Shown: piece by piece, positions 10,659 to 21,100 of the stretch
Layout: every line of letters starts with the position of its first letter
Numbering within the stretch: position 1 is the stretch's first letter
Source of the DNA: Mantamonas sphyraenae STR306
Taxonomy: Eukaryota; Protista; CRuMs
DNA length: 64,000 bases
Reading direction: 5' to 3'
Assembly (NCBI GenBank): GCA_026936335.1
Contig: JAPMXV010000074.1
Coordinates: forward strand, 158,408 to 222,407
The notes under the pieces: generated by a model
Databases searched by the model: none
What the model was told of the DNA's origin: nothing
Seen by the model: the letters and a program-made list of their open reading frames with translations, nothing else
Made by a program: the position numbers and the translations under genes

Positions 10659-12239
10659 TTACTCCTCCCACTCATCAGCAGAGTCCTCCTCCTCCTCATC
10701 GGAGCTGGAGCCCTCAGAGTAGTCATCCACATCCTCAATGTCCGACTGCAGCAGACGCGGGCTGAACCCAGCTGCCGTGGCCACGGGCATACCGCCACCG
10801 TACTGAGTGCGGAACGTACCGTCGGCCTTCTGGTGCGGCCACACGCCAGCCTTCTCCATTGTGTAGCGCACGTTGCGGAACTTCTCGCGGAAGTTGTAGT
10901 ACGCCTGGCCCACCTTGGTCTGCGAGAACTTCTTGCCAAACTCAGCACCCAGCTTCTGGCGCAGCGCCGTCTTGGCCTTGTCACCGTACTTCATCACCTG
11001 CTTCTTCAGGAAGTCGCGGGCGTCAAAGTTCTCCTTGGCCACAATCTTGTTGACCGAGTTCATCACCTCACCGTACTTCTGCGAGATCATCTGGAAGGTC
11101 TTGCTCTTGGACAGCGACTCACGGATGCGGCCCAGCACACCGTTCTTCAGAGAGTCGAACTTGTACTTGAGGGCGCCGGTGATCTTGCCCTTGATGTTGT
11201 TGAACGTGGAGATACCCTTGTTCAGCAGCTGGCCAACCTTGCCGCGGAGCAGGTTCTGGCCGGCCTTGAACTTGCCGATGGCACCCTTGATGAAGCCGAA
11301 CACGTTGCCGCTCTTCACCTTGTCGTACACAGCCTTGGCCTTGCGCACAAAGCCGATGGCAGTCTTGACAAACGGGCTGCTGGCGATCTTGCCAAAGATG
11401 GACGAGCCCTTGATGGCGCCCATCACAACACCACCGATGCCCGTGAAGGACAGAGCAGTGGTCACGATGCCAAACAGCGGCGAGTTCATCACCTTCTTGG
11501 CCACCTGTACAAGACGAGAACAGCACGCCACAGTGTGCACATGGTGTGTTAGCGCCGCAAACACGCAAACGTGTGCTGGACCCCTTTTTTTTTCCCTCGC
11601 ATCCACATGCTCGTTTTCCCCGCCACACACAACTTACCGAGATGACCTTGCCGGCGACACGGCCGATGCCACGAGCGACACGGCCCACGAAGCGACCAAC
11701 ACGGCGGAACGCACTGCAGAGGGCACACAGCGAGGTGGGGCGTCAGCAACAACGGCGGAAAAGGGGTGCGGCGAAAGAGGGCCAAAGAAAAAAACCGAGC
11801 CGAAAGAAAAACCACGGCGCACGTTTGGGGCTGGCACAGACGTGTGGCTGCCCTGCCACACTCTGGCATGCAAGGGCTGTCTAGACAGGGATGCAACCTA
11901 CCGTCCAATGCGGCGGAAGAACTGATCGTTGTCCTCCACATCGTCCGAGTCGTCGTTGTCGCTGCGCTCCTCTTCCTCCGACTGCTCCTCGGCCTCGCTG
12001 GCCTCGGAGAGGTTGTCGTCGGTAAAGTCGGCGTCAGCCTTGGTCTCGTCCATCAGACCGGTGTCCCAGTCCGACTCGTCCGAAGAGTCCTGTGTGGGTG
12101 GTGATGGAGAAAACGAGGCGTGTGTGTGTGAGTGAGAGCGGCCCTTCAGATTCCGCACCCTCCCGTTGTCACAACGTACGACGGCAGCCAGGGCAGCGCC
12201 AAGAATGCAGAGAATCACAAACGCAAACTTCAACTGCAT
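10659..12239 (-). CDS. Secreted prepro-protein, ~389 aa: signal peptide, acidic pro-region, cationic amphipathic Gly/Lys/Arg-rich domain, acidic tail. Exons 12239-12180, 12089-11902, 11713-11638, 11504-10659
   Basis: Signal peptide MQLKFAFVILCILGAALAAV. Three GT-AG introns (GTACGT, GTAGGT, GTAAGT) splice in consistent phase to give ...DVEDNDQFFRRIGRAFRRVGRFVGRVARGIGRVAGKVISVAKKVMNSPLFG... Confidence 0.85.
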
Positions 12240-12362
12240 GTTGAGGAAAGGGGGGGGTTGTTTTTTTGGGGGGTTTTGTGTGCTTGCGCCAGGGCATCCA
12301 CACAAGCACTCCACAAGAGGGATCCGAAAGCATACCGGGGTGGGGGAATCCTTGCTTGGATC

Positions 12363-13556
12363 ATGTCACGTGCAGGAAAAGGGGCAGGACGTGTGATTGT
12401 GGCGATGTCGGGAGGAGTGGATTCGTCGTTGGTGGCCAAGCTGATGGTGGAGAAGTACGGGCGGGAGGCAGTGCGAGGGTTGTACATGCGCAATTGGGAA
12501 GAAGACGAGGCAGACGTGTGTCCAGCAGATGCGGATTGGGAGGATGTGCAGCAAGTGTGTGGGCAGCTGGGGATCGAAGCACATCACGTCAACTTTGTGC
12601 AAGAGTACTGGACACACGTGTTTGCCGACTTTCTGGAAGGCCTGCAAGCAGGCATGACGCCAAACCCGGACGTGTGGTGCAACCAACACATCAAGTTCAA
12701 ACACATGCTTGCTCACGCGACGCAGACGCTGGGAGGCGACGTCCTTGCCACAGGACACTACGTACGCACAGAGCGAGACACAGAGACGGGAATCACGCGG
12801 CTACTGAGTGGTGTGGACCCAGGCAAGGACCAGGCGTACTTTCTGTCGCTAGTGCAAGGCCAAGCGCTTGGGTCGGTGGAATTTCCGCTGGGGGCCATGC
12901 ACAAGACGGCCGTGAAGCAGATGGCGGCAGAGTCTGGACTAGCAACGGCCCACAAGCGAGAGAGCATGGGCATTTGCTTTGTGGGCAAGCGCAACTTTGG
13001 TGCGTTTGTGCAAGAGTACATCCCGGTGACGCCCGGACCGTTTGTGGACCTGGAAACTGGCCGGGAACTGGGCCAACACAAGGGCCTGGCCCTGTATACG
13101 CTGGGCCAACGTGCAGGCATCTCTGGCATCAGCACCAAAATGTATGTGTGTGGCAAGGATGCAGAGCAGAACGTGCTGTACGTGGTCGACGAACGCGATC
13201 ACCCGGCTTTGTACAGCGACCGCCTCGTGCTTGCCGATCTGCATTGGATCAACGACCACGACCCGTTGCTCGACATGAGTGGCGACGGAGCAGCTGGTGA
13301 GACCGGTGAGGATGGTGGGGTGCACTCGCAGTCTCCACCCGCGCGTCATCATCCTCGTCGTCGTCGTCTGCACTTGCTTGGTGAGACACGGTACCATGAA
13401 CCAAAGGTGCCTCTGGTGTTGGACACACACAGCAAACAGGTGTTTTTGGAACAGCCTCAGCGTGCAGTGACCCCCGGTCAGTTTCTATGTTTGTACAGCG
13501 CCCAGCGGCCCGAGGTGTGTCTCGGAGCAGGGCAAATCGCAGAAACGATCATGTAA
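12363..13556 (+). CDS. TRMU: tRNA-specific 2-thiouridylase MnmA/TRMU (mitochondrial type)
   Basis: Motifs AMSGGVDSS, TPNPDVWCN, ATGHY, KDQAYFL, ESMGICFVG, YTLGQRAG, PQRAVTPGQ. Confidence 0.95.
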   Translation: MSRAGKGAGRVIVAMSGGVDSSLVAKLMVEKYGREAVRGLYMRNWEEDEADVCPADADWEDVQQVCGQLGIEAHHVNFVQEYWTHVFADFLEGLQAGMTPNPDVWCNQHIKFKHMLAHATQTLGGDVLATGHYVRTERDTETGITRLLSGVDPGKDQAYFLSLVQGQALGSVEFPLGAMHKTAVKQMAAESGLATAHKRESMGICFVGKRNFGAFVQEYIPVTPGPFVDLETGRELGQHKGLALYTLGQRAGISGISTKMYVCGKDAEQNVLYVVDERDHPALYSDRLVLADLHWINDHDPLLDMSGDGAAGETGEDGGVHSQSPPARHHPRRRRLHLLGETRYHEPKVPLVLDTHSKQVFLEQPQRAVTPGQFLCLYSAQRPEVCLGAGQIAETIM

Positions 13557-13699
13557 AGTACAGGTGGAAAGGGTGTGTGGTGGCACCGAGTGGCAAAGAC
13601 GTGTGATTCACTCGCACGCCGAACAGAGTGCCCAAGACCCCCGTTGACGTCCATCAATCACCCCACCACCTTCACCACTACCCAATGAAACCATTTCCA

Positions 13700-14479
13700 T
13701 TAGCACTGTTTGGTGCTGACGTCCCCCACGCCCTTGTAGGCCTTGAGATCGGCAATGATTTTCTTGACGCGCTCCTCGTTCACGCCAAAGTCGCCTCGAC
13801 CAAGCCTGGACTGGCTCTGGACCCACAGCTTCTGGCAGCCGATGGCCACGTAGACATCGTCGGGATAGCCCATGACCTGAGTCAGGATCCTGGCATGCAC
13901 AAAATCCTTGCGGTTTGTGATGAGCTCGGCCGTCGAGGGCAGGTTGGAGAGGATGGACACCACGGCGTCGTGCACCTTGTCGACGGTGGCGTTAAACACA
14001 GGTGGAGACAGGCCCTGGCCACGCATGGGATTGGTGGGTGCCACACGTGTGCAGTCGTAGGGCGCTTCCGCCTTGCGCAGACATTCCGAGGGAAAGCTGG
14101 TGACGCCTGCAGGGTCCGGTGCCAACAGGGGCACCAGGAAGAGAAGGGTGGTGAAGAGGAACATCACAATGGACAATGTGACCAGGCCACACGCTGCCTT
14201 GTCGTGTGTCTGTGTCTTGGACCAGCGACGCGTGGCCAGCAGCAGCATCGTCGTGGCAATCAGACTTCCTGCAGCCCATCCAATGCCAAACCAGTGCTCC
14301 CATTGGCTGGCCACCACCAACAACCCCACAGACACAATCACCTTGAGTGCCAATGTGACCAGAAGCACACGCTGCCTTCCGGTGCGCCGGGAAAAGAAGT
14401 TGCCATCACGATCGGCGTCGGCAAACAAGTCGGTGGCGCTGTCGCCATGCAATCCACGGTATGGTGCCCCTTTGCTCAT
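13700..14479 (-). CDS. Membrane protein with C-terminal DUF1499-like domain
   Basis: About three hydrophobic helices, then GYPDDV...VQSQSRLGRGDFGVNEERVKKI, which matches the DUF1499 pattern from memory. Confidence 0.75.
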   Translation of the reverse strand: MSKGAPYRGLHGDSATDLFADADRDGNFFSRRTGRQRVLLVTLALKVIVSVGLLVVASQWEHWFGIGWAAGSLIATTMLLLATRRWSKTQTHDKAACGLVTLSIVMFLFTTLLFLVPLLAPDPAGVTSFPSECLRKAEAPYDCTRVAPTNPMRGQGLSPPVFNATVDKVHDAVVSILSNLPSTAELITNRKDFVHARILTQVMGYPDDVYVAIGCQKLWVQSQSRLGRGDFGVNEERVKKIIADLKAYKGVGDVSTKQC

Positions 14480-14565
14480 TCTTCTCGAATCCTATCCACA
14501 ACTCACACAACACCACACAAGTTGCACCGGCGAGCGCTTGGCCAGCAAACGCAAGTGAGAGAGAG

Positions 14566-17500
14566 ATGTTCACCCGCACCCGTTCGTTGGCACAGACGGG
14601 ACGACGGACCATCCGGCCCTCTCTGCTGGCCCAAATGGCTCATGCAGACCCGAAGCGTGCATTGGTGGCCACACTGCAAGGTAGGAAGCGTGTGGGCAGG
14701 CAGGAGCGAAACAAAAAAAGTCGAAAAATCCGCTGACGCCCGTCGCCCCTTGCAATTTTCGGCACCCCGACGCGCAGGCGCCCTGTTCCGTCTTGGGGCA
14801 GGCCGACGGGAAGTCAACGAGGTGTTGAGTGTGGAGGAGATGGAGGCGCAGGGGGTCGATGTGCCTCTGGAGTTGCGTGTGTCGCCAGCACCGCCAGCAC
14901 ACGGGTTTATGGGCCTTGCGTCCGCGTTGGGGGCGGACGGCGAGGAAGGGGCGTCGAGAGCCGCCGCCGGCGTGGTTGCACGGGGCTCGTTGGGATCGAT
15001 GCAGCAAAGCAATGGGACGTCTGGCACGGCCAAGGATGCATACAAGGTGGGATACAAGGTGTGCAAGAATGCCACCTGTGGCGAATTCATCCCAGCTGCG
15101 TCGCGTCAGTGTCCGCACTGCGCAGTCATGCAGCCGATGAAACGCAGGGCCACCACCGCCGCCCCCAAGCACCCTCCACTCGACCCCAGCGGCGCAGGGG
15201 CACCGCAGGCGGAAATGAGCCATGCCAGCATGGATGCACTGGAGTCTCACCTCAATGTGGGCAATCTGAGGGCCCAACTGGACAATCCCGAGTACGTGGA
15301 GTTGCTGCAGCAACAACCGGCGACGACCCTGGAAACCAGCAGCAGCAGCAGCAGCAGCAGCACACACACCAGCACCCTGGAGGAGGGCAACACACAGGCA
15401 CATGCGTCGTCAGGCATAGTGGAGGACAGTAGTGCAACACAAACACAGACACACACGCCTGCGTCGGAACTACTGGCAACCCCGCATAGTGCGTTCCGGC
15501 AGCAGCTGCGGTATGAAACCACGGCGGTGGAACTTGCGGTGGAACGGTACCGCAATGCCATCAAGGGGGCGGTGGAACGTGGCCAGGGGGCAGCCATGGG
15601 ACCGTCGCAACAAATCATGCTGCAGTGGTTTGAGCCGTTGGAGCAGGCCATTTACGAAGAGCAGCTGCGCATCAGCCGCGACGAGTCCGGCGTCGACCGA
15701 CGTGTCTACGGACCCCACCTCCAACAATTGCACTCGGACAAATTGGCCGTCATCACTCTCCACGAGATGCTCTCCATGGTCCTCAACGACCCCGTGGGCA
15801 TCAAGTTTGTCGAGGCCGCCCTGGCCATCGGCAAGGCCGTCCAAGCCGAAGTCAACCTGACCAGGCTGCGCAAGGTGATTCGACAGCGCAACGCCCAACG
15901 CGTGTCCGAGGCTGAAGCTGCCGCTGCGGCTGCAGGTGTCACCCTGGATCCTGAACAGAGGCAAGCCATGATGATGGACAACATGGACAACATGGACCAG
16001 CAGAACCAGGACCTGGACCAGGACCTGGACCTGGACGTGGATGCACAGGAGGATGCGGCTGCCCTGAGTCCCATCCCACCGCCGCCGGCAAGGGTGCGCA
16101 AGGAGAAGCTCAAGGTGAAGCAGCTGAATGTGAGCAAGGTCAACTCGTCGGCGGCTCGGGAGTTTGAAGATGCCAATTGGAGTCGCAGTGTGCAGGCCAA
16201 GGTGGGGGCGGCGTTGATCCACACGCTGTTGAACACGGTGGAGCTGAGCATGGCCGATCCGGTGGATCCCAGCCACGAACTCACCTTTCCCGCGTTCAAG
16301 CACGGCTACCACTTTGAGGGCACCAAACGCCGCACGGGCATCATCCAATGCCACCCGGACGTGGTGGAGATGATTGAGAACGGCCACCTGTTGCGTGAGA
16401 GCCTTCATCCGCGTCACATGCCCATGGTGGTGCAGCCCAAGGAGTGGAGCGACGTCGCCGTCGGTGGCTATCTGTCCCTCAGCACACAAGTCATGCGCAC
16501 GTTCAGCAAGCTGCAAACCGCAGCCTTGCGTCAGGCGACCCTGGACGATGTCTTTCGCGGACTCAACGTCCTCGGTCAGACCCGTTGGCGCATCAACGAA
16601 CGCGTGTACAAGCACATGAGTGAGGCGTGGGAACGGGGTGGCGACCTGGCCGGTTTGGTGACCCGTGTGGATGCCGTGCATCCGGAACCGCCCGCAGACG
16701 TGGAAACCAGCGCCGCCGCACGCAAGCGCTTCTACTACGAACGCTCCAAGATCCGCAAGTTGAACCGGGAGTACCACGCCCTGCGTTGTGACATGGTCTA
16801 CAAACTGGCCGTGGCCAAGGAGTTTGTGGACAAGGACTTTTACCTGCCCCACAACGTGGACTTTCGCGGACGCGCCTACCCCATCCCGCAGCACCTGAAC
16901 CACCTGGGCTCGGATGTGTGCCGTGGTCTCATGATGTTTGCCGAGGGCAAGGAGCTCGGCGAACGAGGCTTGGAGTGGATGAAGGTGCACATGGCCAACC
17001 TGTACGGCATGGACAAGCTCAACTTTGACGGCCGCGTGGCCTTTACGGAAGCACACATGGACGACATCATCCGCAGCGCAGAGGATCCCATGGGCGGTGA
17101 CGATCGCTTCTGGCTGCGTGCCGAAGATCCCTGGCAATGTCTGGCTCTGTGTTTCGAGCTGAAGGAGGCGCTCTCGCTGCCGGATCCCAGCAAGTTTGTG
17201 TCCCACATCCCCGTGCACCAGGACGGCAGCTGCAACGGATTGCAACACTATGCGGCGCTGGGCAGGGACAAGTTTGGTGGCATGCAGGTGAATCTGATGG
17301 CCAGCGAGAAGCCCGGGGACGTGTACATGGCCGTGGCCAACAAGCTCATCGACACCGTGCACAAGGAGGCCCAGGCGGGCAATCCGCTGGCTGGCATGCT
17401 GGACGGACGCATCACGCGCAAGATTGTCAAGCAGACGGTGATGACCAGTGTGTACGGCGTGACGTTTGTGGGCGCACGCAAGCAGATCCAGAACAGGCTC

Positions 17501-18106
17501 AAGGAAATCGATCTGCCCGAGGATTCGCTGTACAAGCTGGCCACCTACTTGGCACGCCACACGCTCAACGCACTGGGCGAGACCTTTGTGGGTGCACGCG
17601 ACATCATGGCCTTTCTCAAGCAGTGCGCACAGGTCATTTCCAAGGATGGTCAGCCTGTGAGCTGGTTGACCCCGCTGGGCCTGCCTGTGGTCCAGCCGTA
17701 CCGTCGTGTGGCCTCGTATCGGGTGCGCACCCTTGTGCAGAACGTGATCATTGCCGATCACAACGAGGCGTTGCCCGTGAGTGTCACCAAGCAGAAGAGC
17801 GCCTTTCCGCCCAACTACGTCCACAGTCTGGACAGCACACACATGCTCATGACTGCGCTGGGCATGGAGAAGCACGGCCTGACCTTTGCCAGCGTCCACG
17901 ACTCCTTCTGGTCCCACGCCGGTTCCATCGACCAGATGAACATCCTCCTGCGTGAGGCCTTTATCGAATTGCACTCGCAGCCCCTCCTCCACGACCTGCT
18001 GGAGTCGTTCAAACAGCGCTACCCGCACCTGGAGTTCCCAGACCTGCCCGAGGTGGGTGATCTGGACATCGAAGCCGTGCGTGATGCGCCCTATTTCTTT
18101 GATTGA
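14566..18106 (+). CDS. POLRMT: Mitochondrial single-subunit (T3/T7 phage-type) RNA polymerase; intron 14681-14777
   Basis: Motifs DFRGRAY, PVHQDGSCNGLQHY, RKIVKQTVMTSVYG, SVHDSFW and C-terminal YFFD. Exon 1 (MFTRTRSLAQTGRRTIRPSLL...) is presequence-like and joins in phase through GTAGGA...GCTGAC...CGCAG. Confidence 0.95.
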
Positions 18107-18169
18107 TGAACCTGTGTGCAGAATGGAAAACAATGGATGCATTTTGTGCCTTTGACCAGAGTCTCAGTC

Positions 18170-21100
18170 TCAGTAGCCTCCCTGTCGACCATAACCACCG
18201 TCCTGGTGGTCATCCCAGGCACCTTCCTCCTCGTCGTACTCTTCGTCGTCCTCGTCGTACTCCTCATCGTCGTCGTAGTAGTCGTCTTCATCGTCCTCAT
18301 CATAATACCCATCGTCCGCAGCACCTCCTCCCAGGGCAGGTGCTGTGTGGTTGGCCCTTTCCCATTCTTCGTCGTCGTGGTCGCCACTCTGGGTGCTGCT
18401 GAGGTTGAGCCGTGGCACAGGTGCAGTGCTGCCCAGCTTGGGCACCGACGCCACACTTGCCTCAAACGGTTCCTGGTACTCGTTGAGAAGGGCCGCATGC
18501 ACTCCCTTTTCCAGATTGATCAACGCCGTGGTGCTGCGCAACTCCTGTCTGCTCTTGTCCTGCAGTCCCTCGTACATGATCGGATTGACCCCACGCACAC
18601 GCGGCACCAACGAAATGATGGCTTCCGCACGCCGTGCCCTGTCCTCCGGATCCTGCACCCGTTTGCGCTCCCGCATGAGATCGTACATCTGTGCGTTCAC
18701 GCCGCCGTTGGCCCTGTCCGCACTGCGGCAGTAATCCAAAAAGGCCTCGCTCAGTGCCGGCGGCCCACCCTGGCTCCCGCTCACAGGCTGCAACGGTGCC
18801 AATCCTGCCATGCGCGGTCCCATGGCCTTGCGGAAGCGCGAACGTGCAGGCACACGGCCGCGTGGTGGGCCTCCACCGGCCGCCACCGACCCAAAGGTGA
18901 CACTGCTGCGGTTGCTGTCCTGCTGCGTGCGCATTTCAATGCGTTCGGCCTCGACGCGACTGTCGCCGCCGGAGCCCAGCGAGCGCAGGTTGAGCTTGGG
19001 CAACATGGTGCGCTGGCCACGTGCGCTCTCCAAAGCCAAATCCTCCTCGAGACTGCGTGGGGTGGCCACGCCGCGGTCGTTGGCCATCGTACGTGGCGTG
19101 CGTGGACTCTTGCGTCCGTTGGCAGCGGCCTCGGCCTGCTTTTGCTGCTTGGGGGTGCGGAAGTGCACGTTGCCCATGGGATCGACGCGTCCCTCTTGCC
19201 AGCGGTGCACCCAGGGCATGATGGCAAAGAGGATGGCCACCACCAGCACAAACAGGATCATGAAGCCGGCGAGCACACGCACCAGATCCACGTCGGCCTG
19301 GAAGTGCTCGTGCGCCACAAAGTTGATCACGGCCATGACAAAGCCCACACTGAACGCGGCACTGTACAACGGGTTCAGGTAGCGGGTCTCAAAGGGCTGC
19401 ACAATGGCCAACACAATGACCATGGTGGCCAACACGGCGTTGGTGAGGAGGAAGCGAAACTCGGGATTGCGAATGAACACCACCGAGGCAAAGGCAAGCA
19501 GAAACTCGGCCAGCAGCAACAGGCAGACAAACCAGTAGGCGGGCTGAGTCATGCGTTCGTACAACACACCAAAGGTGTTGCGCACGTGGGTGTTGGCCAG
19601 CGTGGACGAGCCCATCAGCAGGTTCTGCGAGTTTTTCGTCACCAGAAAGATGGTGAGGAAGAGCGGGTAGAACAGCACCAGGGCAATCATGATGATCCAA
19701 GCCATGGCGGCCACGTCGTGATCCTGGCTGTAGCACTCCACGCTGAGTTCCACCAGCAGGAAGGAGCTGTTGCTGAAAAAGGCAAACGGCGCGGTGCAGT
19801 GCAGCGCCTGCATCGTGCGCACCGCCCACATGGGATACGCCAGCGTGACGTAGATGAGCAGGGTGCGGAAGAAGCGATTGGCAAACGTTTCGCTGAGCGG
19901 GGCCGTGTTGCGTTGGGTGTTGCTCATGGCCACAAAGCCCACCAGCATCACCACCAGATTGATGGCCAGGATGGCCGTGTTGCCCCAGAACAGCGAGGAA
20001 AACGTGGCCAGCGACGAATCCACCCCGCAGCCGGGGCGCAAAAAGTCGTAGTCCATGTCCAGGAGACCCATGGTGTGGTAGAACAGACGCAGAAACTCGG
20101 GGGCGTTGGCCGGCGACGAGTGGCCAATCACACGCAGCATCTGCAGGGGCACCAGTGCAAACAGAACATACGTTTGCACCCACGGTTCGGCGGCAAACAG
20201 GAGCCACCACATGGTCAGCCACGCCACCACATACACAATCCACGTCAGCCACAACCAGGCCTCGTGGCCACACGACACACAATACTCGTCGCTGCGGTAG
20301 TAGCCATCGGTACAGGAGCCACAAAACAGACCCTTGTAGCCTGCTCCACACGTGCCATTGCCAGCGCAGCGTGCACGCGGCACACACTCAAACACAAAGC
20401 CCGACGTGGGCCCACTGTTCCAGTAGCCCGCGCGTGCGTTGATGATGGAGCCTCCGGGACACTGGCCACCCGCGGGACAGGGTTGGCACTGCAGGGCGTC
20501 GGTGGCATACTGACCCGTGGTGGGGCAGGCATCGACGTAGCGCAGCACGGGGCCGGCGTCCACGGAGCCATTGTCCGGGTTGCGCAGCACCAGGCGTGCG
20601 GTGGTGGCACCCACAGTCGACACGGGGGCGGCAAAGCTGAGTGAGGCGCTGTCGTACCGAGTGACATTGGCCACGGCGACGCCGTCGAGCTCGACACGGA
20701 TGCCCGGCACAAAGTCGGCACCGTCGACGTGGACGCGCATGCCACCGGCGACGGTGACCACCGACGGATCAATGGAGGCGAAACGAGGCACGACAATGGC
20801 ACGGTTGACAAAGCTGAGTGAGCTGAGTTGGACGCCGTTGTAGCTGGGGTCGCCACTCACACTGCGTGCAAACGTGACCAGGTACGTCACGTCGGGGTCG
20901 GTGACGCCGTCGGCCAGGCCACGGATGCGCACACGGCGTGGGGTGGCCCAATCGGACGGGGTGAAGACGACGGGCGAGGAACCGGGCACCACCTCGGCCT
21001 CGGCGGTGTTGCTCACCGACACGGCCACACTCACGTCGGCACTGGGTTGCGAGGTGAGACGCATGTCAAAGCCGCCCTCAAAGCCATTCTCGTTGGTTTC

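Larger units (their letters stand above)
1..11144. repeat. Tandem segmental duplication: 1-4601 corresponds to 5780-11144
   Basis: Base 1 (tttccatgacttgcccagcc) matches 5780. Homology ends at 4601/11144 (...cccagcacaccgtt|g vs |c). Confidence 0.9.

Noticed and set aside
12363-12400. TRMU appears to lack a mitochondrial presequence
   Set aside because: A short basic leader is present and targeting cannot be judged by eye, so this is not evidence of relocalisation.
13628-14565. 1492-aa ORF suggesting a huge N-terminal fusion on the RNA polymerase
   Set aside because: The first ~300 codons are largely the antisense shadow of the DUF1499-like gene. A spliced start at 14566 gives a proper presequence.
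14566-18106. Phage/viral insertion, or a non-mitochondrial T7-like polymerase
   Set aside because: It has a spliceosomal intron, an Arg-rich presequence and host-like codon usage, and no viral genes are nearby.
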